Shown here: one piece after another, positions 46,697 through 55,721 of the stretch
Layout of the letters: each line of letters starts with the position of its first letter
Position numbering within the stretch: position 1 is the stretch's first letter
From: Myxococcales bacterium
Lineage (GTDB): Bacteria > Myxococcota_A > UBA9042 > JABWCM01 > BTVJ01
DNA length: 64,000 bases
NCBI GenBank assembly: GCA_045863395.1
Contig: BTVJ01000010.1
Location: 32,001-96,000 of the forward strand
Reading direction: 5' to 3'
Program-made: the position numbers and the translations under genes
Notes under the pieces: generated by a model
Seen by the model: the letters and a program-made list of their open reading frames with translations, nothing else
What the model was told of the DNA's origin: nothing
Databases searched by the model: none

Positions 46697-49473
46697 GGCG
46701 CCGTGACGTAGACCGGGTTGGTGTATCCGAAGGACCCGCCCCCGAAGACGCCGCTCGACGTGCCGCTCCCCCGCGCCACGAACACGTACCAGCGGGGAGC
46801 ACCGGGCGGAACGTTCAACACCCGCTTCAGCCGCACGGGCTCCTCCGAGGGCGGAACGGCCACCCACAGCTCGCCCTCGGGGTCTGGCACCAGGGCGCCG
46901 TCCTCGTCGGTCCCGAGGCGTAGCGGGCGCCCGTCCTCGTAGACCTCGAGGCGCGCCACGTCCACCCACGGCGGCGCCTGCACCGTGACCTCCAGGGCCG
47001 CCCCCTCCTCGCCGTCGACCGGCTCCTGGTGGCCCATGCGCTCGACCCCGTCCGCCCGCACGGTCACGAAGATGCCCCCGCTGACCACCGCCCGCTGCCC
47101 TCGAATCGCGTCGATGACCATCTGGTCGGTGACCTGCGCCGGGTCGTCCGTGCCCACCCGCAGCAGGGTGCGCGGGTAGCCGGCCCGGTCCGTCCAGTCG
47201 TGCGAGTCCGAGTTGCCCATGCCCGCGATGGTGTGTCCCGCCTGGAGCAGCCCGAACCAGTCGCGCAGCCCGGGCACCTTCTCGCTGCCCGCAGCGCCGT
47301 TGGACGCCATCTTCGCGTCTGCCGCGGGCAGGTAGTCCTCGACGACGCCCAGCTCGTTGTTGACCTCCACGGCGTCGATGCCCTCCGCGAGCGTCCGCCC
47401 TGACACCGTCGCCACTCCGGCCACCGGATCGAAGCCGAGCCACGCCAGGTAGCCCATGGCCTGGGAGCGCGGGTGGTTCACCTGGAACACCGCCCCCGGC
47501 GACACCTCCTCCACGTGGTCCCGCAGCTCCTGGACCGTGCGCCCCGCCCAGAGCTTGGCGCCGATGAGGGGGTACGGGTCCTCGAGCACCGGCAGGGGGT
47601 AGGCGTTGAAGTGGCCGAGCCCGTTCACGCTGATCTCGTTGCCCGCCATGGTGTGGAGCCGCCCGCCGAGCCCGAGCGCCGTCGCCACCGGCGCGTAGTC
47701 CGTCACGTTGTCGTGGTCGGTCGACGCCGCCACCTCCACGCCCTCCGCCGCGAGCTGGGTGAGCTTCTCCGCCACGAGCATGTCCGCGTCCAGGCTGCCG
47801 GTACAGTGCAGGTGGAAGTCGCCGGCCACCCACCCCGTGGTGTCCACCACCCGGTCCACCGTCGCGCTCACTATCGTCGTCGCGGCCTCCTCGATGACCA
47901 CCTGCTCGGTGTGGAGCGTGTACTCCGGCCCCCGCGTCACGGTCACCTTCCACGTGCCAGGCTCGACGGGCCACGTCCCCGATCCATCCAGGGAGAGCAG
48001 AGACCGGGGACCGTTGGTGCGCGCGCGCTTGCCGAGGCGCGGGTCCGTGGCGGGAACGTCCACCGCCTGCAGCACGATCCGCGCGGGCCCGCCCGCCTCC
48101 AGCCCCAGGAAGCCCGGCGCGGCGATCTCCAGGTCGACGACGACGGTCTCCCCGACCTCGACCACCAGAGGCGCGGGCACCTCCGCCGCGTCCGGCCGCC
48201 CCGCCCCCGAGGCGACGAGCCCGTAGGCCACCCCGGGCTGGAGCGTCATCCGCCAGCTCCCGTCCTCCGCCGTCCGCGCCTGGTTGTAAGCGTGGCCGTC
48301 CACCATGGCCGTCACGAGGCCACCCGCCACCGGCGCCGCGGTCCCCTTCTCACGCAGGGCCCCCTCCAGCACCCACGCCGGCTCCCCGCGGACCTGGTCC
48401 AGCACCTCCATGACGCTCGCCACGTCCCCGGTCCCCACCACGAACCACCGCTCGAAGCCGTCCGTACCGCCAACAGGCAGGTCGAGCCCCGTCTCGTACA
48501 GGGCCCCCGTCCCGCTGGCGTCCACCAGGGGCAGGAGGAAGCTGCCGCTCGGGCGGGCGTACCCGTAGCTCACCCCGTCACCGACGGCCACGAGGCGTGT
48601 GACGAGCCCGGCGTCGGGGCTGCTGAAGCCCGACTCGGCATAGAAGAGCTGGAGCAGCTTCCCAAACGAGAGCAGGTCCCCCACGACGATGTCCTTCCAG
48701 CCCTTCTGCGTGTCGTTGACGACCGTGGTGCGCAGGAGCGCCCCCTGGATGCCCGGCCTCACGATGGTGTCCGAGTGGATGGTGAACCCGTAGGCCCCCC
48801 CCACCAGCGAGTCCAGGATGTCGATGATCCGCGACTTCTCGTCCGTGCCGGTCACCCGCAGCGCCGCCTCCACGCCGTCCGAGCCGTCGGCGAGCACCGT
48901 GACGGACTCCGCCGTCGGCACCCGGAAGCCCACCAGGCTGAACAGCTCCCGGAAGCGGTCGTTGCCGGGCTCGCCTTCGCCCCGCACCAGATCCGCATCG
49001 ATGAGGTTGCCGCCGTAGAGGTTGAGCCCCGCCGACACCCCGGAGTCCTGGATCAGGAACCGCGCCAGGTCGTTCTGGACGATCCACGCCCCGTCCACCC
49101 GCCCGTAGGCCGCCAGGCCGCCGATGAGCTGGTCCGCCGACGTCACCTTGAACACCTGGCCCGCGGGAGTCACCGGGCCGGCGTCCGCGTCGCCCCCCGC
49201 GTCCGCCGCTGCGTCCCCGCCCCCGCCGTCCGTGGCGCCTGCGTCGACCACGCTGGCGTCCCCAGTGGCGCCGTCGCCGACGTCGGTTGCTGCGTCGGAT
49301 GCGGCATCCGTGCCGGGACCAGCGTCCGTGACCACGTCCTGGGCCGCGTCCGCAGCGGCGTCCGCCCCTCCACCGCCCGCGCCACCGCCCGCGCCATCGC
49401 CCGCGCACGCCGCCAGCGCGACCGTCACGCCCAGACGCAGAGCCCCCGCCAGCACACCACCGGACCTCTTCAT
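46693..49473 (-). CDS. CehA/McbA-like (PHP-fold) metallohydrolase lipoprotein, 926 aa
   Basis: Lipobox LAA/C and Asp/Ala/Gly linker; GGNLIDAD, TRGPEY, GDFHLH..SLD, STDHD, GHFN, NHPR, GNSDSH, GYPRT. Confidence 0.8.
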   Translation of the reverse strand: MKRSGGVLAGALRLGVTVALAACAGDGAGGGAGGGGADAAADAAQDVVTDAGPGTDAASDAATDVGDGATGDASVVDAGATDGGGGDAAADAGGDADAGPVTPAGQVFKVTSADQLIGGLAAYGRVDGAWIVQNDLARFLIQDSGVSAGLNLYGGNLIDADLVRGEGEPGNDRFRELFSLVGFRVPTAESVTVLADGSDGVEAALRVTGTDEKSRIIDILDSLVGGAYGFTIHSDTIVRPGIQGALLRTTVVNDTQKGWKDIVVGDLLSFGKLLQLFYAESGFSSPDAGLVTRLVAVGDGVSYGYARPSGSFLLPLVDASGTGALYETGLDLPVGGTDGFERWFVVGTGDVASVMEVLDQVRGEPAWVLEGALREKGTAAPVAGGLVTAMVDGHAYNQARTAEDGSWRMTLQPGVAYGLVASGAGRPDAAEVPAPLVVEVGETVVVDLEIAAPGFLGLEAGGPARIVLQAVDVPATDPRLGKRARTNGPRSLLSLDGSGTWPVEPGTWKVTVTRGPEYTLHTEQVVIEEAATTIVSATVDRVVDTTGWVAGDFHLHCTGSLDADMLVAEKLTQLAAEGVEVAASTDHDNVTDYAPVATALGLGGRLHTMAGNEISVNGLGHFNAYPLPVLEDPYPLIGAKLWAGRTVQELRDHVEEVSPGAVFQVNHPRSQAMGYLAWLGFDPVAGVATVSGRTLAEGIDAVEVNNELGVVEDYLPAADAKMASNGAAGSEKVPGLRDWFGLLQAGHTIAGMGNSDSHDWTDRAGYPRTLLRVGTDDPAQVTDQMVIDAIRGQRAVVSGGIFVTVRADGVERMGHQEPVDGEEGAALEVTVQAPPWVDVARLEVYEDGRPLRLGTDEDGALVPDPEGELWVAVPPSEEPVRLKRVLNVPPGAPRWYVFVARGSGTSSGVFGGGSFGYTNPVYVTAP

Positions 49474-51185
49474 GACGCTGCTCCTCCGGGAAATGGCTGG
49501 CCGAGCCAGGCTTGGAATCGGGCCCTGTGCTCTTCGGTGGCGTCGGCCCTCGGGGTCACCTTCACCTCGTCCGGCGGGCGCTGACCGAGGGTCACGGTCA
49601 CCGCCACCAGACGCTCGCGGCGCGCGACCGTCACCTCCACGACCTGCCCCGCCGCCGCGAGCTCCAGGCGCTTCTGGAGCCGGGCCGCGTCCACGCGCCA
49701 CCCGTCGACCGCGACGACCTCGTCGTCCACGTAGAGCCCGTCCCGCCACGCCGGCGAGCCCTCGGGGACACCCGCGACCACCAGCCGCCCCTCCCGCGTC
49801 GCCAGGTCGGCCCCGAGCCACGCCCCCTCGCCGTCGTCCTTCTTATGCCCGCGGGTCACCTGGAGCCCAAACCAAGCGAGGGCCTCGTCGATGGGCAGCT
49901 CGTCGGTGCCGTCCACCCACCGCGCAAGCAGCTCCGAGACGTCGACGCCCGTCGCCTCCGCGATGAGCGCCGGCAGCCGCCCCTCGTCGTAGCCGGGCTT
50001 GGGCGGCGCGGTGAGCGCGTACAGGTGGCGCAGCACGTCGTCCAGGCACCGCGCGCCCCCGGAGCGCTCCCGGAGCGCCTGGTCCAGCAGCAGGCAGATC
50101 AGCTCCCCCTTCAAGTAGTAGCTGATGGTGCTGTTGCGGCTGTGCTCGTCGCGGCGGTAGAGCTTCACCCACGCCGCCATGCTGGACTCGCCGGCGCTCA
50201 TGTGCAGGCGCCCCGGCGTGCTCTCGAGCGCCTTGATGGAGTCCCCCAGCTCCGCCAGCCAGGTCTTGACGCTCACCACCCCGGCGCGGACCGGAATGAC
50301 CCCGTCGTAATAGACCGTCCCGCCCTCGTGGAGCCACAGCGTGCGGGTGTACGCCTCGCCCCCATAGTCGAAGGGGCCGAGCACCGCCGGCCGGATGCGC
50401 TTGATGTTCCAGGCGTGGAAGTGCTCGTGGGCGACCAGCCGCAGGAACTCCTCCCAGCGCCTCTTGGGGGCGAAGTCGAGGGCGCCCCAGGCCAGCACAC
50501 AGGAGTCCAAGTGCTCCAGCCCGCCCCGCAGGCCCTGCATGGCGAGCAGGATGAACAGGTAGCGCTCATAGGGCACCCCGCCGAAGAGGGACGCCGCCTC
50601 CTCGACGATGCGCGGCACGTCCCGGAGCAGCGCCTCCCGGTCCAGCACCCCGTCGCCGGCCAGCACGAAGCGGTGGGGCGCCCCCGCCGCCGTGAACGTC
50701 AGCTCCTCGTGGGGTCCCACCTCGATGGGCGCGTCGACGAGCGTGTCGAAGTCGGCTGCGTGATAGGCATCCCCCACCTCGGGGAGCGGCGTGTAGACCC
50801 TCCACCCGGGCGGTGGCTCAACGGCGACCGTGTACGATCCTGGCCACCCCTCCACCTGCATGAACGTGGCCGCCGAGGCCACGAACGCGTGGCTGCCGTC
50901 CAAGTGGTTGGTCCTTACGCTCGGCTCGTTGGCGTAGACCCGCCAGGACACGCAGGTGACCTCTCCAGCGCACGCCACCTCCCAGGCGCGCTTGTCCAGC
51001 CGCCTCACGAACCCGTCCGCGACCACGTCCTGCACGTGCCGGCTGAACTCCCGCACGAGGTAGGACCCGGGGGTCCAGACGGGCATGGCGAGACGGACGG
51101 CCCCGGTAAACCCCCGAAGCTCCGCCCGGACATGAAGCAGGTGGGTGTGGGGCTCGGGCATGGACAGCACGTAGCGGACGGCCAT
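49470..51185 (-). CDS. M61 family (glycyl) aminopeptidase with PDZ domain
   Basis: MPVWTPGSYLVREF, GGLEH, HEHFHAWNIKRIRP, LWLHEG, SYYLKG, C-terminal PDZ (GSPAWRDGL). Confidence 0.93.
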   Translation of the reverse strand: MAVRYVLSMPEPHTHLLHVRAELRGFTGAVRLAMPVWTPGSYLVREFSRHVQDVVADGFVRRLDKRAWEVACAGEVTCVSWRVYANEPSVRTNHLDGSHAFVASAATFMQVEGWPGSYTVAVEPPPGWRVYTPLPEVGDAYHAADFDTLVDAPIEVGPHEELTFTAAGAPHRFVLAGDGVLDREALLRDVPRIVEEAASLFGGVPYERYLFILLAMQGLRGGLEHLDSCVLAWGALDFAPKRRWEEFLRLVAHEHFHAWNIKRIRPAVLGPFDYGGEAYTRTLWLHEGGTVYYDGVIPVRAGVVSVKTWLAELGDSIKALESTPGRLHMSAGESSMAAWVKLYRRDEHSRNSTISYYLKGELICLLLDQALRERSGGARCLDDVLRHLYALTAPPKPGYDEGRLPALIAEATGVDVSELLARWVDGTDELPIDEALAWFGLQVTRGHKKDDGEGAWLGADLATREGRLVVAGVPEGSPAWRDGLYVDDEVVAVDGWRVDAARLQKRLELAAAGQVVEVTVARRERLVAVTVTLGQRPPDEVKVTPRADATEEHRARFQAWLGQPFPGGAAS

Positions 51186-51296
51186 GGACCACCTCGGCGG
51201 GGGTGTCGGTGCGGGTGCCTTTGCACCGGCAAGCGGCTCATGCTAACAACGTGGCCCCGCAGACCGCAAGGATGCTGGCACTCGCCACGGAGCCCC

Positions 51297-52235
51297 ATGC
51301 ACACCATCGGAAGCACCCTCGGGTGGGTCCTCTTCATCCTGTTCGTGCTCGGCATGCTGGCCGTGGACCTCCTGGTCTTCAACCGGAAGGCCCACCGCCC
51401 CTCCATGAAGGAGTCCATCGCCTGGTCGGTGGTGTGGATCGCCGTCTCCCTGGCGTTCTGCGGCGGGATGGCCCTCTGGGTGGGGCCCACGCAGGGCTTG
51501 GAGTTCCTGGCGGGCTACCTCATCGAGAAGTCGCTGTCCGTGGACAACCTGTTCGTGTTCCTGCTCCTGTTCCGGTACTTCAACGTGCCCCTGGAGGACC
51601 AGCACCGGGTGCTGTTCTGGGGAATCCTCGGCGCCATCGTGACCCGCGCGATCTTCATCCTCGCCGGCGCCGCCCTCCTCGAGGCCTTCGACTTCATGTT
51701 CTATCTGTTCGGGGGCTTCCTGGTGTTCACCGCCATCAAGATGGTGGTCCACACCGACGAGGAGGTCCACCCGGACCGCAACATCTTCTTGCGGCTGCTG
51801 CGCCGCGTCGTCCCCATGACCATGAGCTTCAGCGGCCACCACTTCTTCGTGCGGGAGGGGGGCCGGCTGCTGGCCACGCCCATGCTGGGGGTCCTCGTCG
51901 CAGTGGAGACCACCGACGTGGTCTTCGCCGTGGACTCCATCCCCGCCGTGTTCGGGGTGACCCGTGACCCGTTCATCGTGTTCACGTCCAACATCTTCGC
52001 CATCCTGGGTCTGCGGGCCCTGTACTTCGTGCTCGCGGGCGCCCTCGGCGCGCTCCGCTACCTCAAGCAGGGGCTGGCGCTGATCCTGCTGTTCGTCGGC
52101 GTGAAGATGCTGGTCTCGGACCTCTGGCATCCGCCCATCGCCCTGTCCCTCGGGGTCATCGGGGGGATCCTGGCCATCGCCACCGGCGCCTCGGTCCTGG
52201 CGGACCGCTATGACCGGGAGCACCGCAGGGACTGA
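51297..52235 (+). CDS. TerC/Alx family membrane protein
   Basis: GYLIEKSLSVDNLFVF, QHRVLFWGILGA, DVVFAVDSIPA, TSNIFAILGLRALYF. Confidence 0.95.
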   Translation: MHTIGSTLGWVLFILFVLGMLAVDLLVFNRKAHRPSMKESIAWSVVWIAVSLAFCGGMALWVGPTQGLEFLAGYLIEKSLSVDNLFVFLLLFRYFNVPLEDQHRVLFWGILGAIVTRAIFILAGAALLEAFDFMFYLFGGFLVFTAIKMVVHTDEEVHPDRNIFLRLLRRVVPMTMSFSGHHFFVREGGRLLATPMLGVLVAVETTDVVFAVDSIPAVFGVTRDPFIVFTSNIFAILGLRALYFVLAGALGALRYLKQGLALILLFVGVKMLVSDLWHPPIALSLGVIGGILAIATGASVLADRYDREHRRD

Positions 52236-52957
52236 CCGCCGTCCACGGTGATCAGCGTTCCCGTCACGAAGGGGCTCGCCCCGCAGAGGTAGAGGACCGC
52301 CTCCGCCACGTCGTTCGGCGTGCCCGCCCGCCCGGCGGGGACGGACGCGAGCACCCGCGCCCGCTCCTCCTCGCTGGCGTCGTCGGGGAACAGCACGGCC
52401 CCCGGAGCGACCGCGTTGACGGCGATGCCCTCCCGCGCGAGCGCCCGCGCGAGCCCCCTGGTCATGGCGAGCAGCCCTGCCTTGGATACCGAGTGGGGGA
52501 TGTAGCTCGGCCACGGCGCCAGCGCGGAGAGGTCCACGAGGTTGACGATGCGCCCCCCGCGTCCTCGCAGCAGCGGCAGCGCCGCCTGGACGCACCGCCA
52601 CGGCGCCGTCAGGTTCACGTCCAGGTGCAGTGCCCAGTCCTCGTCCGTGACCGCGTCGAGGGGCGTGCGGTGAAAGACCGACGCGCTGTTGACGAGCACG
52701 TCGAGCCCACCCCAGGCGGTCGCCACCTGGTCGAACATCGCGCGGATCGTGCCCTGGTCGCGGAGGTCGCCTCGCAGGAGCAGGGTCCTGCGCCCGAGCG
52801 CCTCTACGCGCCCGCACAGGTCCTCGGCCTCGTCGACGTGGGACCGGCAGTGGACGGCGAGGTCCGCCCCCGCCTCCGCGAGGCGCCACGCGATGGCGCG
52901 CCCGACGCGCACTGCGGCGCCAGTCACCAGCGCCTGCTTGCCTGCGAGCGTCTCCAT
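52208..52957 (-). CDS. Short-chain dehydrogenase, pteridine reductase (FolM/PTR1)-like
   Basis: TGAAVRVG (TGxxxRxG), LVNSAS, VNAVAPG, VTG..ITVDGG; catalytic motif reads HSVSK. Confidence 0.85.
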   Translation of the reverse strand: METLAGKQALVTGAAVRVGRAIAWRLAEAGADLAVHCRSHVDEAEDLCGRVEALGRRTLLLRGDLRDQGTIRAMFDQVATAWGGLDVLVNSASVFHRTPLDAVTDEDWALHLDVNLTAPWRCVQAALPLLRGRGGRIVNLVDLSALAPWPSYIPHSVSKAGLLAMTRGLARALAREGIAVNAVAPGAVLFPDDASEEERARVLASVPAGRAGTPNDVAEAVLYLCGASPFVTGTLITVDGGQSLRCSRS

Positions 52958-52963
52958 GGGCCC

Positions 52964-52993
52964 TGTCTACGCCAGGGGGAGTCACCGCGTCAA
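52964..52993 (-). promoter_or_regulatory. Sigma70-type promoter, probably giving a leaderless SDR transcript
   Basis: Minus strand TTGACG-N18-TAGACA-N6-ATG; no Shine-Dalgarno. Confidence 0.5.
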
Positions 52994-53013
52994 TCTGCGC
53001 GCCCCCCCTCGCG

Positions 53014-53042
53014 TTGCCCGCGCGAAGTGTTTCTGTTGTAAT
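53014..53042 (+). promoter_or_regulatory. Sigma70-type promoter (divergent from the SDR promoter)
   Basis: TTGCCC-N17-TGTAAT upstream of the AGGAGG RBS and ATG 53077. Confidence 0.5.
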
Positions 53043-53076
53043 CGAGGCGAACCGGCGGAGCCACAGGAGGAGCCGC

Positions 53077-53478
53077 ATGAAGGACGACACGATGACCTAC
53101 GACACCATCCACCCGTTCCACGCCGTCGACAACCTGCTCGACGAGCTCGCCGGCGGCCCGCTCGAGGGCGTGCCCCTGGCGAGGGTGACGACGCTCGACA
53201 ACGAGTTCGAGGCGGAGGTGATCCGCAACGCCCTGGACGACAACCAGATCTCGTGTCTCATCCAGAGCTTCCGGGAGACGGCCTTCGACGGCCTCTTCAT
53301 CCCGCAGCGGTCGTGGGGCGCCCTGATCACCCGGGAGGACCAGGCGGAGGATGCCCTGCGCATCGTCCGGGACCTTCGAGCTACGTTCGCCGTGGAGGAT
53401 GACGAGGCCGAGGACGCGGACGACGAGGAGGGGGACGGAGGAGAGGCCACCGAGGAGCCCGGAGGCACCCCAGAGTAG
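53077..53478 (+). CDS. DUF2007-like putative signal-transducing protein with acidic tail
   Basis: NEFEAEVIRNALDDNQI..F..AFDGLF..WG.L..EDQAEDA pattern; AGGAGG RBS. Confidence 0.7.
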   Translation: MKDDTMTYDTIHPFHAVDNLLDELAGGPLEGVPLARVTTLDNEFEAEVIRNALDDNQISCLIQSFRETAFDGLFIPQRSWGALITREDQAEDALRIVRDLRATFAVEDDEAEDADDEEGDGGEATEEPGGTPE

Positions 53479-53484
53479 CGCAGC

Positions 53485-54330
53485 CTACTTGAAGCTGCTG
53501 AACGCCTTGGAGATCTTGCCAGGCATCTCGGTCGCAGTGTTCGCGAGGCCCTTGGCGTCGGTCTGCACCTTCTTCGCCATGCCCTCGACCTCCTTCTTGA
53601 TGCCCTCGAACTCGCCCAGGTGACCCTGGATGGCGCCGCCGTCGGCCATGGGGTTCTTCAGCTCCACCTGGAGGCGCCCGTAGATCTCGCCCATCTTGGG
53701 CACGATGCCGCCGGCCGTCTTGAAGAGGCCCTCACCGCGGGCGGGGATCTCGCTCATCACGAGCTTGCGCAGCTCGTCCACCTGCTTGACCTTGAGGTCG
53801 ATGAAGGCGCGGGTGGCGTCGTTGGCGTTCTTCGGCAGCGCCTTGGCCTTCTCCAGCCCGGCCGGCGCGCAGGACGTCACGTTCTTGTAGGCAGCCTCGG
53901 AGGCCTTCTGCACATGCTTCAGGTCGCGCAGGCCCGCCTTCTGGTCGAAGGCGCCGGCGGCGTCCTTGAGGTCGACGCCCGCGTCGACGATCTCCTTGGC
54001 CTTGGTGACCGGCGTCTCCAGGCACTCCTGGAGGGCGGACGTCAGCTCCTTCAGCTTGAGCTGCTTGAGGTTGACCCCCTCGGGGATCTGGGCGAGGGCC
54101 TCGACCTTGGCGGTCGCCTCGTCCACGAGGCCCATGGCGAGGACGTACTCGCCCTTGAGCTCGGCGATGTAGCCGCGGGCCTCGTCCATGATGGCCTTGC
54201 CCGTGTCCTCCTTGGGGACCGCGGCGCCGACGCCGCCGAGCATCCCGCCGGTGGAACCGCAGCCGACCGCCGTCACCGCCACGCTGCCGAAGAGCGCGAC
54301 CGACGCCAGCACGCGAGAGATCTGCTTCAT
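53485..54330 (-). CDS. Helical lipoprotein, unknown function
   Basis: AAGGAGG RBS; lipobox AVG/C; Lys/Ala/Glu-rich; strongly biased codons. Confidence 0.8.
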   Translation of the reverse strand: MKQISRVLASVALFGSVAVTAVGCGSTGGMLGGVGAAVPKEDTGKAIMDEARGYIAELKGEYVLAMGLVDEATAKVEALAQIPEGVNLKQLKLKELTSALQECLETPVTKAKEIVDAGVDLKDAAGAFDQKAGLRDLKHVQKASEAAYKNVTSCAPAGLEKAKALPKNANDATRAFIDLKVKQVDELRKLVMSEIPARGEGLFKTAGGIVPKMGEIYGRLQVELKNPMADGGAIQGHLGEFEGIKKEVEGMAKKVQTDAKGLANTATEMPGKISKAFSSFK

Positions 54331-54383
54331 GACCGTCCTCCTTGCTTCACTACGATTGGGTGCCTGAGTTCAGAGCCGCGACG

Positions 54384-54412
54384 TTCCTAAACCGACCGGC
54401 CGCGGAAGTCAA
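54384..54412 (-). promoter_or_regulatory. Sigma70-type promoter of the helical lipoprotein gene
   Basis: Minus strand TTGACT-N17-TAGGAA. Confidence 0.5.
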
Positions 54413-54571
54413 TGGGATTCGCAGGCCGATCGCGGCGGGACGGCTCTCGGAACAGGGCCCCGGCCCGGGAGGGCGTCGACGGTGCGCGGCGGGTGTCGAG
54501 GTCCGCGTCGGAAGGCCGCTCCCTTGCCTGCTCAGCGTCCGGGCGTAGAGTACGTGCCCATGGAGGGCGCG

Positions 54572-55603
54572 ATGAGGGTGTGGCTGCTGGTGTGCGTGGC
54601 GACGGGGTGCGCGGGGTCAGCGGAGCCGGCCGCGCCGTGGTCCCGCGACCTGGGCGTGGTGGAGGCCGCGGTCGGCGAGCCATGCGGGGACCTCACCACC
54701 GAGGGGTGCTGCGACGGAGACGACGTGCGCTTCTGCGACGGCGGGGTCGTCGGCCGCCTCTCGTGCAAGGACGGCTGCGGGTGGGACGGCGCAAAGGGGT
54801 GGTACGACTGCGGGCAGTCCGGGGCGGATCCCTCGGGGGACCACCCACTGAGCTGCCCCGGCGGGTGCGTCGCGGCCTGCGCAGGCAAGGCGTGTGGCGA
54901 CGACGGCTGCGGAGGCTCTTGTGGCTCGTGCAGCGCGGGGGAGGCGTGCAGCGACGGGGCCTGCACCGGGGACCCCTGCGCGACCATGCCGGCAGGAGGC
55001 CAGTGCAATCGCACGACCCTCCGCTGGTGCGAGGGGGGCACGCTCCACACCTACGACTGCGCCAAGCAGCAGAAGACCTGCGGCTATGACCCGGCGGCCG
55101 GCGCCAGCGACTGCCTGGGGACGGGCGGGTGCACGCCGAGCTGCGCCGAGAGGGAGTGCGGAAGCGATGGGTGTGGCGGCTCCTGCGGGAAGTGCGGCGA
55201 CGGCGAGGCCTGCGTAGCCGGCTCCTGCGAGGGCCCCGCGTGCCAGCCCGACTGCGCGGACCGCGAGTGCGGAGACGACGGCTGCGGCGGACTCTGCGGC
55301 ACCTGCCCGGAGGGGGAGTGCGAGGACGGCGTCTGCGAGGCCGCGCCCACGTGCACCCCGACCTGCGCCGGCAAGCAGTGCGGCCCCGACGGGTGCGGCG
55401 GAGTCTGCGGCACGTGCCCGGGGGGCTACTCCTGCACCGGCGGCACGTGCCTGGAGCCGACGCCGCTGGGAGGGGGGGGAGGGCTCCAGGAGCCCGGGGA
55501 CGCAGAGGAGCCCGCCGAGCCGACCCAGGGCTGCGGCGCCAGCGCGCCGGCCGCCCCCTGGGCCCTGCTCCTGCTGTTGCGGCGGCGCCCGCGACGCGCC
55601 TGA
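54572..55603 (+). CDS. Cys-rich repeat surface protein with MYXO-CTERM-like anchor
   Basis: Four CxxxCxxxxCGxDGCGGxCGxC repeats; C-terminus GCGASAPAAPWALLLLLRRRPRRA. Confidence 0.85.
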   Translation: MRVWLLVCVATGCAGSAEPAAPWSRDLGVVEAAVGEPCGDLTTEGCCDGDDVRFCDGGVVGRLSCKDGCGWDGAKGWYDCGQSGADPSGDHPLSCPGGCVAACAGKACGDDGCGGSCGSCSAGEACSDGACTGDPCATMPAGGQCNRTTLRWCEGGTLHTYDCAKQQKTCGYDPAAGASDCLGTGGCTPSCAERECGSDGCGGSCGKCGDGEACVAGSCEGPACQPDCADRECGDDGCGGLCGTCPEGECEDGVCEAAPTCTPTCAGKQCGPDGCGGVCGTCPGGYSCTGGTCLEPTPLGGGGGLQEPGDAEEPAEPTQGCGASAPAAPWALLLLLRRRPRRA

Positions 55604-55721
55604 CGGGCGAGCCACAGACCGCGAGCGCTCGTGCCTGTCGTGGTGCCCGCCCTTGCCCCCAACCGACCCGCGGTCCATTCTGTCGGGGCGCGAGCGCGGG
55701 TCGAGCCATGCGGAGGAACCG

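Noticed and set aside
51186..51296. yybP-ykoY Mn riboswitch ahead of the TerC/Alx gene
   Set aside because: The gap is only ~110 nt, is shared with a divergent gene, and I cannot see the conserved motif; an Infernal scan would settle it.
49512..52235. 907-aa ORF suggesting a TerC fusion
   Set aside because: The N-terminal part is antisense to the M61 peptidase; TerC starts at 51297.
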